A stretch of DNA of 51,710 nt from an uncultured Methanosarcinales archaeon (GTDB taxonomy: Archaea > Halobacteriota > Methanosarcinia > Methanotrichales > Methanotrichaceae). The position numbers and the translations under genes were made by a program. Shown here piece by piece: positions 1 through 10,134 of this stretch (positions are counted from its first letter, which is position 1; each line of letters opens with the position of its first letter). The DNA lies in assembly GCA_963843555.1 (NCBI GenBank), contig CAWJKV010000008.1:1-51710 (forward strand), given 5' to 3'. The notes beneath the pieces are model-generated. The model saw nothing but the letters and a program-made list of their open reading frames with translations, was not told the DNA's origin and ran no database searches.

Positions 1-224
1 ATGGAATAGTCTGGATTGAGCGATTAGAAGGTTGAACCTGTTGCCAAAATGAAGCATCTCTTGAAAACATCAAAAAATGGATATATTCAGGAGTAGAGGA
101 GTCCCGGAGTGGAAGACAATTTGCGATAGGATGATGGAGCGTATAGCCGAGAATCCTGGGCTGAATGAGGCTATTTACCAAGTTAGGGCCAACCCAGATT
201 GCTGATGAATATTAAGTTGAAGGC

Positions 225-924
225 CTATTTCTTCATCGTCTTCTGCGCCTGATCCAACATCATCTGGGCGGCTTTATAATAGGCATCCCGGGGCATCAGC
301 TCCCGGCTTACTTCCTTTTGGAGCTCCTCGGATATCTTGCCCTCTCGTACCAGTTGCCGGCCAGCTTCTCTTGCCGCCCGGAAGATGCCTTCCACCAGAC
401 CCGTCTCCCCTGCTTTCATCATCTCTTTCATGCCTTCTGCCATGGGTCGGAGCAGTGCTCCAGCGAAATCGCTGCTTCCATCCGGCCTGTTGTAAAGAGC
501 TTTCATTTGAATGAGGAGGGGATCGAACATAGACAGCTCCCAGGCGCCGCAGGTGGAGACGAGAACGATCTTCCGTTTCTTGGATCCCAGCTCCCCTTGC
601 ATATGGAGAGGCAACTGCCTGTCCATCAGGTTCTTGAGAGGGCCAGTTATGCCCGCAGTAATAAACCGGACTCGCCCAGACGATGACATCGGCCTCTTTG
701 AGCTTGGGAAGAAGCATCTGCATGTCATCCTTCTGGCCGCAGGTTCCCGGATTTACGTACCAGCAGCTCATGTCTCCATTGCAGGGTCCTATCTTCATTT
801 TTCGCGTGTAAAAGACCTCCACATCAGCTCCCGCTTCCTTCATACCTTCCAGAAAGGGGTTGAGGATCAAGGCTGTGTTTCCCTCATCCACGTGAGGACT
901 ACCGTTTAGAGCTAGAACTTTCAT
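225..924 (-). pseudogene. Flavodoxin-fold iron-sulfur flavoprotein / NADPH-dependent FMN reductase family, one frameshift near 652
   Basis: ORF 274..924 gives MKVLALNGSP...GNT...C-x2-D-x2-C-x6-C...ADVIVWASPVY. The family continuation ITGPLKNLMDR lies in ORF 225..728. The frames join at TGCGGGCATA, which has one extra G and may be a sequencing indel. Confidence 0.8.
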
Positions 925-1039
925 GGGTTGCCTTTTTGGGTTCTATCAATAAATACTATCTCCTGGAAGATTATCCCTCGACGGCAAGTCTTATCGGTCA
1001 GGAACTTCTATTCAATGACTTTGTGGGAAGGCCTGAAAA

Positions 1040-1833
1040 TTGTCATCATATTCGGCATACAGCGGCACCGGTCGGGATCAGATAGACCCCTTTGACACCA
1101 GCGACTCCAACCTCTGGCGAAAGGCTGAGTACCTGGGTCGTTACCTCTTTGCCGCAGACTTTCTCCGCATGCAAAAACCTCGGTAATAGTAGCCGATATC
1201 TCCTGCGGCATGGGATACGGAGCGCTGGAGCTAAGCGGCATCGCCGGAAAGGTTATCGGAGTCGATGCCAGCCCGGAACTGATGGAATTGGCCTCTCAGA
1301 AGTGCAATAGACCCAATATCCATTTTCTCCATAATGACCTGGAAGAAGATGACCTGTCTGTGCATATCGGGGAGGGCTCGGTTGATGCTGTGGTCAGCTT
1401 CGAGACTCTTGAGCATCTGAATGATCCCAACCGAGCCATGGATCAATTCCAGAGAATCCTGCGGCCGGGCGGTTTTTTCATATGTTCCGTTCCCAACGTC
1501 CTTTCTGAGTCGGGTGATAGCGCCGGCCTTCCCAGGAACAGATCCCATAAGCAGTGGTTCAATTTTGCATCCCTTCGCCGGCTGGTGCAGGGAAATGATA
1601 TGCAGGTAATCTATAGACTGGGTCAGTCCTGGTCCAAAACGCTCTTTCGAAGAGAGCAGAAGCTAATAAATGCCAAGCGGATCGGGCGCAAGCTTTCTGA
1701 TGAGCCGATGATGCATTCGGCTGAGATGATTCGGTGGCTCTCTTATGTTGCTGCCTATCCCAACGTCGAAGATGTCGATGGCTCCTACTCTCTCATCATT
1801 GTGGCTCAAAAGAATGATGCTAAAGAATCTTAA
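1040..1833 (+). pseudogene. Class I SAM-dependent methyltransferase, apparent frameshift near 1182
   Basis: ORF 1210..1833 plus its in-frame upstream codons give VADISCGMGYG (motif I), VIGVD and SFETLEHL...LRPGG. An upstream frame from TTG 1040 reads MSSYSAY...AEYLGRYLFAADFL, a typical N-terminus, and joins by a 1-nt shift. Confidence 0.7.
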
Positions 1834-1968
1834 CTAACGAGCTGCCCCCCCCAACCATAGCGCCGGAGGCCAGCAGGCCGACTCGCAGCACCCCGGAAAA
1901 ATGTGCTGATGCTATCCTTGAAGTTTTATGTGAAAAAAATCTCTTCGAAAAAGAAGATGATTAAGGCT

Positions 1969-2402
1969 CTAAGCCTTCTTGTCCAGAGCCTTGACGACCT
2001 CGCCAAAGATAGCCTTGATATCGCCCACACCAAAGACGGTGACGACGAGTCCCCTCTTGTTGTAGTAGTCGATCAAAGGCTACGTCTGGGCGTGATCAGG
2101 CCTGAAGCCTCTGCTTGACTGTGGCTTCGGTGTCGTCTGCCCTCTGGTAGAGGTCAGCGCCGCAGGCATCGCATTTTCCTTCTACCTTGGGTTTATTGAC
2201 TGCATGTGGTAGGTATAGTCCCGCACTTGCACATCCTCCGTCCAGTGACGCGCTTGACGAGCTCCTCATCGGGAACGTCTATGTTCAAGACCACATCGAT
2301 CTTCTGGCCCAGAGCGGGCAGGATCTTATCCAGAGCCTCTGCCCGGTGCATGGTCCTGGGGAAGCCGTCCAGAATCCATCCGGCCTTGACATCATCCTTG
2401 GC
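1969..2402 (-). pseudogene. Degenerate partial duplicate of the 3' two-thirds of adk
   Basis: Near base-for-base match to 4523..~4954 (e.g. CTAAGCCTTCTTGTCCAGAGCCTTGACGACCTCGCCAAAGAT vs CTAAGCCTTCTTATCCAGAGCCTTGACGACCTCGCCAAAGAT) with substitutions and indels. The 5' end is absent. Confidence 0.9.
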
Positions 2403-2815
2403 AGCATCTATTTCAACCTCGTTTTCCGTGTATGACCTGAGGTTTATCTGATTATCCGGGTGGTAGCCCCTTCATGAGCAAAATTTTTCGCTAAACCGGA
2501 CGTCATAAGCTCCTACCTCTTTATAGCAGGAATGATGAGGGCGGGGAATTCTGCAATGAAACTCAACTGGTGGGCGTCCTCAACTGAGCTTGAAAATCAA
2601 AGCTGATGCTTCCACTGGGGCGATTTATATATTAAGAAGAGCCATTCGTGCCAATTGTGCTGTCCCAAGAGCTTCCGTTAATTATTGTTAATATTATCAA
2701 AGGAAGCAGCGTGATTGGAATTCTCTTTCAGCATTGCTGATGCATCAGGAAAATAAGATCTTACTTAAGTATAGCAAAAATATATGTCTTCTGATGACAT
2801 TTTCAGACTAACATA

Positions 2816-4445
2816 TTGGAGGAAGAAATGACCGCCTTGAAGAGCATGTTTTATGTGGCAACGTTATCATATATTTTGATAGCGATCGTAGATCCTTCGC
2901 AAGGCATTTCTGTGTCTTTCGGAGCGAACGGAGTATCATCGTCTTCGAACTACCACCTTGATACCTCTACGACTTTGAATGATATGGCCACATTGGGGGA
3001 TGGCACAGTAACTCGAACCAGCCAGATGATTGGCTCAGGAGATAATGAATATAGCATTCAGACATCTGCAAAAGGATCAATGGCAGAGAGTTCAGTGAAG
3101 AGTATTGGTGCAGTTCAGTGCCACTACTTCGACTACAGCATCTGATGTTGGTGCCAGTCTCAGCCATGATGTAGCTGGCACTGGCGACCTCAGGGTAGCA
3201 ATATCGGGCTCATCCGGCTCAGCAGCCGCGGACCAGAACGCAGGGGTGGCGAACGGTGTTCTATCGACGTCGCAAAACCTGGCAACAGGCGGCGACATAG
3301 TCTTAGCTAACCAGAATACGCAAATGAAAGGAGATGCTGCTGTAGTGGAATCCCGAGCATTCTCTGAGAAGAATTATATGGCATCTAAGGGAGGCTTTTC
3401 TGGGGGAGACGTAGACCTGAATGCACAGATTGATGTCAGCATCATATGACGGAGCGATTCTAGACGGCAAGGTATCTGTGGCCGGAATCCAATGCATGAG
3501 AGATGGGGATTTCAGGAAGATAGCAAATGCTGAATCTGGCGGAGCAATTGTATCCACAAATGGCCTTGTCCTGGATAAAGATGATAATCTTGTGGACTAC
3601 GGCTTCAAGGTCGTGAATATGAATATCAGGCCAGGGAATAAGCAAAGATCGGGAACCTTGACCGGTCAGAGCGACGTATCCGGGGCTGGATTTGGCTGTG
3701 CGCCGAAATCCATCGGACCATCAGATCGGGAAAAGAGCGTGGCAGGCGGAAAGCCCAATAACTACGTACTCTTCAATGAAATAGAAAATATGTATTATCC
3801 TGAATCCTGGCCCGATGATCTCTATCCCACCTGGAGGATCGATAGACCCATGCAGTTCTATCTGCAGGTGGATGATAACCTCCGCAACACAGGTATGGAT
3901 CCCCGTATTGTGCGCTCACAGGCGGATTTGGCTATGGGAACATGGGATTACTGGACTTCAAAACAGCTCTTCAAGCGCACGATCTCCATCACAAACGACT
4001 TGCTCAATACATGGGATGGAAAGAACGTAATCGGCTTCCTTGGTTATGATGATCCAGGCGTTGCATCAGCATGGACATATTACACAATTTCGAAGGCAGT
4101 GATGTATTCGTAACAGAATCGGACATATCCTTCAGCCAGCGCATATGGCCCGGTTACCTGGGTCCCGACTGGGGCGAATGGACAACCGATTACGCTACAG
4201 CAAACGATCCAAATAACCAGAAGGCTGATTTCCAGACAGTACTGCTGCACGAGCTTGGCCATACAAGCGGCCTGGCAGACCTGTATCTTCTGCCCGGTGA
4301 TGACCCCAGACATGGTGAACGCGAGATAATGAACGGCGGCGATCTATGGGATGATCACATCGCACAGCATAATCTCGGCAAGGGTGACATAACCGGACTC
4401 CGGAAGATCTATGGTGACGCGCCGATCAACTGGGGCTGGGGCTGA
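2816..4445 (+). pseudogene. Secreted metzincin (matrixin-like) zinc metalloprotease split over four ORFs by frameshifts
   Basis: Consecutive overlapping ORFs 2816..3145, 3105..3449, 3421..4113 and 4071..4445. Hydrophobic N-terminal signal, Ser/Thr/Gly-rich middle, and C-terminal HELGHTSGLAD zinc motif with downstream EIM Met-turn. Confidence 0.75.
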
Positions 4446-4522
4446 GCTTAAAAGCTTCGCAATCCGACTAAGGATCTCTATTTTTTTTGTAAAAAAATGT
4501 TCAAGAAAAGAGACTAAAGGTT

Positions 4523-5170
4523 CTAAGCCTTCTTATCCAGAGCCTTGACGACCTCGCCAAAGATGGCCTTGATATCGCCCACACCAAGGACGGTAGAGAC
4601 GAGTCCCCTCTTGTTGTAGTAGTCGATCAAAGGCTGGGTCTGGGCATGATAGGCCTGAAGCCTCTGCTTGACAGTGGCCTCAGTGTCGTCTTCCCTCTGA
4701 TAGAGAGGAGCGCCGCAGGCATCGCACTTTCCTTCTACCTTGGGCTTATTGAACTGCACATGGTAGGTGGTACCGCACTTGCACATCCGGCGGCCAGTGA
4801 CGCGCTTGACGAGCTCCTCATCGGGAACATCAATGTTCAATACCACATCGATCTTCTGGCCCAGAGCGGGCAGGATCTTATCCAGAGCCTCTGCCTGGGG
4901 CATGGTCCTGGGGAAGCCGTCCAGCATCCATCCGGCCTTGACATCGTCCTTGGCCAGGCGGTCCTTGATGATATCAATGAGAAGAGTATCTGGAACGAGC
5001 TTCCCGGCATCCATGAACTTCTTGGCCTCAACTCCCAGAGGAGTGCCGCTGCGAACATTCTCTCTGAGTATATCTCCGGTGGAGACGTGCTTTACATGGT
5101 ATTTGTCGACGATCATCTTGGCCTGTGTGCCCTTACCTGATCCCGGTGGACCTATTAGAATAATATCCAT
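4523..5170 (-). CDS. adk: Adenylate kinase (bacterial-type, zinc LID)
   Basis: GPPGSGKGTQA P-loop, STGDILR, LDGFPRT, and LID CKC...CDAC. Confidence 0.97.
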   Translation of the reverse strand: MDIILIGPPGSGKGTQAKMIVDKYHVKHVSTGDILRENVRSGTPLGVEAKKFMDAGKLVPDTLLIDIIKDRLAKDDVKAGWMLDGFPRTMPQAEALDKILPALGQKIDVVLNIDVPDEELVKRVTGRRMCKCGTTYHVQFNKPKVEGKCDACGAPLYQREDDTEATVKQRLQAYHAQTQPLIDYYNKRGLVSTVLGVGDIKAIFGEVVKALDKKA

Positions 5171-5277
5171 TTCCTTTCCTCCTTTTCCCATAACACGGCA
5201 GCTATTACCGCTTGTGAGCGCTGAATGGATACAATCCCATACTTTAAAAAACCTTTTCTAGCCAGCTAAATAGGCAG

Positions 5278-5907
5278 CTAAATTGCTGCGATGAAAGCAG
5301 CAGCGCTCATGAGGAGGCCCGCAAATATCGGTATGGATAAGTTGTCATCCAGACTTTGATTGCGGATGACTATGGCCACGCAATCGGCGAATGTAGCACC
5401 CACGGCTCCCGCAAAATAGACCGGAAAGGAGAGCTGGGTTATCCCGGAGGCGAAGTAGCCGATCAAAAGGCACGCGGTGAACATGGCGACGACTATGGGC
5501 ATGGGCTTGAGGCTCCACATCTCTTTCCTGCTTCGCACATCGGCTTTCGACAGAACGGAGCCAACGAGACCGCTTACTGCGTCGCCCAGCGAGAGAAGCA
5601 GCATGGCATTCACCGCAATCATTGTCGGAAATAGAAGAACGCATAGAAGGCTGCCCGTGATGTAATAGATGTAGCTGGCTACCTTGTGCTCCTCCTGGAC
5701 CCGCACCTCGGGAAGGCTGACCTTTCCTTTGAGCCTCTGCCATTCCAGCACCAGGGCAACAACCAGAGCCAGGGCGATCATAGTGGCTGTAAAAGTCCGG
5801 CCGAAGACGAGGAGGCCAAATGGGACAGATAGGCCTAAGAGGTGGATGGCCTTTCTTCGGATCTCTTTGACCAGCTTGGTTTGCCACTCCTCATCTATAT
5901 CAATCAC
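5278..5907 (-). CDS. Dolichol/phytol (polyprenol) kinase family membrane protein
   Basis: EIRRKAIH, GDAVSGLVG and DDNLSIP motifs with multiple TM segments. Confidence 0.8.
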   Translation of the reverse strand: MIDIDEEWQTKLVKEIRRKAIHLLGLSVPFGLLVFGRTFTATMIALALVVALVLEWQRLKGKVSLPEVRVQEEHKVASYIYYITGSLLCVLLFPTMIAVNAMLLLSLGDAVSGLVGSVLSKADVRSRKEMWSLKPMPIVVAMFTACLLIGYFASGITQLSFPVYFAGAVGATFADCVAIVIRNQSLDDNLSIPIFAGLLMSAAAFIAAI

Positions 5908-5942
5908 GGACTGTATACCTCATCATTCCTCTTCCTTGCCTC

Positions 5943-7700
5943 TCACTCTTTTTTCACAGGACCAACCAGGTCTCCTGCCTCATGAAACTTTATGATGCCG
6001 TTGAGCAGCGCCTGAAGCTTGTCTGCCACCTGCCACTCTGGAACCTTGATCTGCTGCATGGAGTCCCGATCCCGGATGGTGATTGTCCCCTGCTCCAGGG
6101 TCTCGTAATCCACGGTGACCTCGTAGGGCGTTCCCGCCTCATCGTTTCGCCGGTACCTGCGGCCGATGGACCCGGATGTGTCATAATCGACGCGCATGCC
6201 ACGCTGGCGCAGCTCCCCCAGGATCTTCTGGGCCGGCGCCACCAGCTCAATTCTATCCATCAGCGGCAGAACTGAAACCTCAATGGGGGCTACAGCCGGC
6301 TTGAACCTGAGCACGGCACGGGTTTCACCGTCTACAGCATCCTCATAGTAGGAGTGGTCCAGGACGGTGTAAAGTATCCTGTCGATGCCGAAGGACGGCT
6401 CGATGACATGGGGAACGACCTCAACGCCCCGAACCTCCTCCTCTATGCTCTCGAAGGAGACAAGATTCTTTTCGATCTCGATGGTCTCTCCGTCCACAAC
6501 CACTTTTATCTTGTCGTCCGTAGTGTTGCCCGTTAGCTCCTCGGCGGACATAGACCTGAGCGCCTCGGCCACCGCCCTGGCCCTGGCCTTGAACCTGGGT
6601 CCCAAAGCCTTGAAGTCCGGCTTGACCACAAGCTTCTGGCGTTTCACAGGCTGGTCGTAGTGAACGAAGACCTTGAGATCCACTTTGCTTACAGACGAGT
6701 GGGCCTTGAGGTCATAGTCCGTCCTATCAGCCACGCCCACGATCTCAATCCAGCCCAGACGGTCCAGGAAGACCTCGGCGTCCCAGCAGTCTGCAGCATA
6801 ATGAGCCATCTCATCTGATTTATGCTGGCGGAAACGGAGCTTATCCGGCGCCACGCCCACCGCCAGAAGGAACTGATAGGTTCTGGCCACATAGTAGGCC
6901 AGAGTCTGATGAGCCACGATGCTCCTTTCCACTGCCTCGGCAAAGGTCATCTCCTCTTCTTCCCCTATCTCCTGCGCTTGCTGGGAGTAGAACTTCATCT
7001 TGATGTCCTTGACTTCCGGGAAGCGAGGATGAGTCTTGTCCCGCGGATCTATGAAGATCTCCGCCTCAGCCTGAGTGAATTCCCGGAGCCTGATCACACC
7101 CTGGCGGGGCGAGATCTCATTTCGGAAGGACTTGCCGATCTGCACTGCCGCAAAAGGCAAAGAGTCCCGGAAGTAGCGCAAGAGCCGGGGGAAGTTGATG
7201 AACATGCCCTGCGCCGTCTCCGGCCGGAGATAGCCCGTCATCTTGTTTCCCGGACCGATCATGGTCTTGAACATGAGATTGAACTCGTAGACCTGGGCGA
7301 GCTCGCCTCCGCACTCCGGGCAGCCGATCTCGTTCTCCTGGATGCATTTGTAGATCTCTTCGTTGCTGAGTGCATCAGGGACCTCGACAATATGTTTGAT
7401 GAGGTGGTCTGCCCGGTAGACCTCTTTGCACTCCTTGCAGCTGGTGAGGGGATCAGAGAAGCCGCTCAGATGGCCACTTGCCTGGTAGATTCCCTCCACA
7501 CCGATGGTAGGCGCCTCGATCTCTGCAAAGCCCTCTGCAATAACGAAGTACTGCCGCCAGATGTCTTCAATGCGCCTCTTCAGGGGTGCGCCCAGTGGGC
7601 CGTAATCATAAAATCCCGCTGCTCCGCCGTAGAGCTCAAAGGCAGGCCAAAGGAAGCCGCGCCTGCGGGCAAGTTCGTTTACCTTATCGTTCTTGTCCAT
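5943..7700 (-). CDS. glyS: Glycine--tRNA ligase (archaeal/eukaryotic type)
   Basis: YDYGPLG, LRPETAQG, FRNEISPRQG, MAHYA, EPSFGIDR and SIGRRY motifs. Confidence 0.97.
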   Translation of the reverse strand: MDKNDKVNELARRRGFLWPAFELYGGAAGFYDYGPLGAPLKRRIEDIWRQYFVIAEGFAEIEAPTIGVEGIYQASGHLSGFSDPLTSCKECKEVYRADHLIKHIVEVPDALSNEEIYKCIQENEIGCPECGGELAQVYEFNLMFKTMIGPGNKMTGYLRPETAQGMFINFPRLLRYFRDSLPFAAVQIGKSFRNEISPRQGVIRLREFTQAEAEIFIDPRDKTHPRFPEVKDIKMKFYSQQAQEIGEEEEMTFAEAVERSIVAHQTLAYYVARTYQFLLAVGVAPDKLRFRQHKSDEMAHYAADCWDAEVFLDRLGWIEIVGVADRTDYDLKAHSSVSKVDLKVFVHYDQPVKRQKLVVKPDFKALGPRFKARARAVAEALRSMSAEELTGNTTDDKIKVVVDGETIEIEKNLVSFESIEEEVRGVEVVPHVIEPSFGIDRILYTVLDHSYYEDAVDGETRAVLRFKPAVAPIEVSVLPLMDRIELVAPAQKILGELRQRGMRVDYDTSGSIGRRYRRNDEAGTPYEVTVDYETLEQGTITIRDRDSMQQIKVPEWQVADKLQALLNGIIKFHEAGDLVGPVKKE

Positions 7701-8268
7701 GCCAATCCTCGTTATGGTTCTAAAACACCGAGGTGATTTAATCTTTGTTATGCAGATGGCACTCATCCGAAAACGCTTTGAGAATCAAGAGAGATAGGGC
7801 TGAGTCCAGCACGAATAGTAATGCACAGGAATTTATTAGGGGCTGAAATGAAGAGGGGCAGCGATCTCCTGCCTGTGACTCATCCCGTTGCCGAGAAGGC
7901 CAGAAGCATACAGAAGGCCGCTGTCAGGGAGCAGAGAAGAATTATGTCGCTGTATTTATAATGCATCAAACCTTTCAGGCCCGATAGGATGTTGTTTGCG
8001 TCTTCATCGCAAGCGTCACTCCCTTGCCCCCAGAATTCATTCACCCGCTGCATGTACTCCACTTGGACTGGGGGATTTAAGTAGCTATTTTTCACATTGG
8101 TGTTTTATCAGGGCTTAATCCCTATATTTTAGATCATGTGAATCCCATCTAGCCCTTATGTAGGTCAATGCAAGTGCAATCGAAAAATTGTATAAGATGA
8201 ACTGAATGAATTGAAGAAAGAAAAAGAGCCATTGGGCCGGACCGCATCCATCCTGCCCATCCTGTTTT

Positions 8269-8865
8269 TCACTCTATCTTGATCTCTTTGCCCTTTCTCT
8301 TTTCTTTCTTGTCCAGCTCCAGCGTCAGAATGCCATTCTTATAGGATGCTTTGGAGCTATCCGGGTCTACTGCCGAGTCGAGATAGATCATCTTGTAGAA
8401 CTTTTTCTCGTCTTCGGTCTTGATCTCAACGCTGTCTTCGGCCACATCCAATTTAACCATATCTTTGTCTACACCGGGCAGCTCGACGAAGATCCTGAAC
8501 TTGTCCTTCTCGCTCATGACGTCGACCAACGGCTCTCTGCCCTGGCTGGGCTCGATGCCCCGGTGCGACGGCTTGATATTGCCAAATTCCTGGAAGATGG
8601 GCTCCTTTCCCGGTTCTGCTGTATAGCTGAAGCCGTAAACAAAGGGGCCATACCGGCGTGATATGCCTCCTGGCGTATCCTCCTCGCGCACGAAACTCTT
8701 GAATTCCGCAGGCATGGATTCCTCAAACCTCTCGATCATGTCCTCGAAGGGCTCTTTGAACCAATCATCTTCGAACCTTTCCTTTCTCTCAAAAGGAAAA
8801 CCTTTGGCGAGATTTTCGAATATATCGAATATTGACGGATATTTCTTGTCCCACATTGATTTCAC
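8269..8865 (-). CDS. hsp20: Archaeal small heat shock protein Hsp20
   Basis: GPFVYGFS...EFGN, EPLVDV, ELPGV and ASYKNGIL alpha-crystallin signature. Confidence 0.92.
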   Translation of the reverse strand: MKSMWDKKYPSIFDIFENLAKGFPFERKERFEDDWFKEPFEDMIERFEESMPAEFKSFVREEDTPGGISRRYGPFVYGFSYTAEPGKEPIFQEFGNIKPSHRGIEPSQGREPLVDVMSEKDKFRIFVELPGVDKDMVKLDVAEDSVEIKTEDEKKFYKMIYLDSAVDPDSSKASYKNGILTLELDKKEKRKGKEIKIE

Positions 8866-9630
8866 CTCACGATCACTTCTACATACTAACCTAAGGATAG
8901 TGATAGGATATAAATTTTTGCTTCAGACTCTATTGAAGAGCGAAAAGAAGGCTTTCTGCCTAACTTCGGGTGTGGACGTGGTGGAAAATTCGCGATAGAA
9001 ATGAGGTATTGGTGTCGAGAAACATCAGCAGCAGGTGAAATAATGGCAGAACGAACGCCGATCCACAGCGCCCTTTCAGAGGGACGGCTCCGCACAATAC
9101 GGTCGCCTCATCCTGCCCATATCTGATGCGTGAGACTTAGGCCAAGGCAGCACTGGAATTTTGCACAGCGCCCGTTTTACAAGGACCCAATCACCGGTCG
9201 ATGAGGGATCTGCTCTTAGCTTTTCCTCGACACATTCCTGCACCGCGTTTTTCTTGCGGACCATGGCGATTTCTTGATGTTAACGCCCATAAGGCGTTTT
9301 TTCGCCCTTGCCGAAGACCTGCACCTGATAATTGAGTGGCGCCTTCCGGCTCATTGTATCAATCGATCTAGCCCTGATGGAGGATGAAAACAATCATCCA
9401 AGGCCAGTAGTATTGCCGGATTAGCTTAATCGGCCCCTTGGTCCAATACCCTTCAACCCAAGACGCGGTAAACTACCTATTTATCATTATCAATATATCT
9501 AGTTTTCGGGCAGCGGATTGCGTCTCGCATGGCAACCTTCAAGAAGAAAGAAGGCCTAAAGGAATATCATAACCGCAGGATAATTGTATCGAAATAGCAT
9601 GGCCAATATCGACTCTAACGTGATCCGGAT

Positions 9631-9966
9631 GTGATTCCTATGATTGATGGCTTAGTTCAGTTCGAAGCAGAGGTCCAGAACCTGAATCAGATCAGGTCCA
9701 GGGTGATCAGTCCCGACTCGGATGGCCCCTGGATTGAAGGCGGAATGGAAGACCTGATGGTTCATTTCACCTATGCAAGCTGGACCGCTTATAATCTGGG
9801 GTGCGCATTGTCCATGGCTCTGGCCAGCAAAGAGGAAGATCTGGGCAGGACGATCTCGGACATGATGACCAGGATGATCTCGACCATGGGTGCCATCCAG
9901 CTGGCCGAAATCAGGCTCTCGCGCGACGCCATGGATGAAATGAAGAGAGATCGCCTCGAACCCTGA
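9631..9966 (+). CDS. Hypothetical protein
   Basis: 111 aa ORF with coding-like composition and no recognised motif. Confidence 0.55.
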   Translation: MIPMIDGLVQFEAEVQNLNQIRSRVISPDSDGPWIEGGMEDLMVHFTYASWTAYNLGCALSMALASKEEDLGRTISDMMTRMISTMGAIQLAEIRLSRDAMDEMKRDRLEP

Positions 9967-10061
9967 ACGTGGCGACTTCAAGAATTCGCTTCCTTTTAGG
10001 TAGCACCTTAGGCGCTTAAAAGGATTGAAAAGCTCCGAAGAGTGATCTTGAAGATGGAAAG

Positions 10062-10134
10062 TAGCCCGGCCAGGATTCGAACCTAGGTAAGGAGGTCCAG
10101 AGCCTCCTGTGATTGACCGCTACACTACCGGGCT
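10062..10134 (-). tRNA. tRNA-Gln (anticodon CUG)
   Basis: Reverse complement AGCCCGGTAGTGTAGCGGTCAATCACAGGAGGCTCTGGACCTCCTTACCTAGGTTCGAATCCTGGCCGGGCTA folds as a cloverleaf, with stem GGAGG/CCTCC, loop CTCTGGA and T-loop GTTCGAAT. Confidence 0.95.

Noticed and set aside
7880..9355. Small ORFs 7880..8095, 8886..9095 and 9076..9264
   Set aside because: No recognisable motif or convincing RBS, so they cannot be supported as genes.
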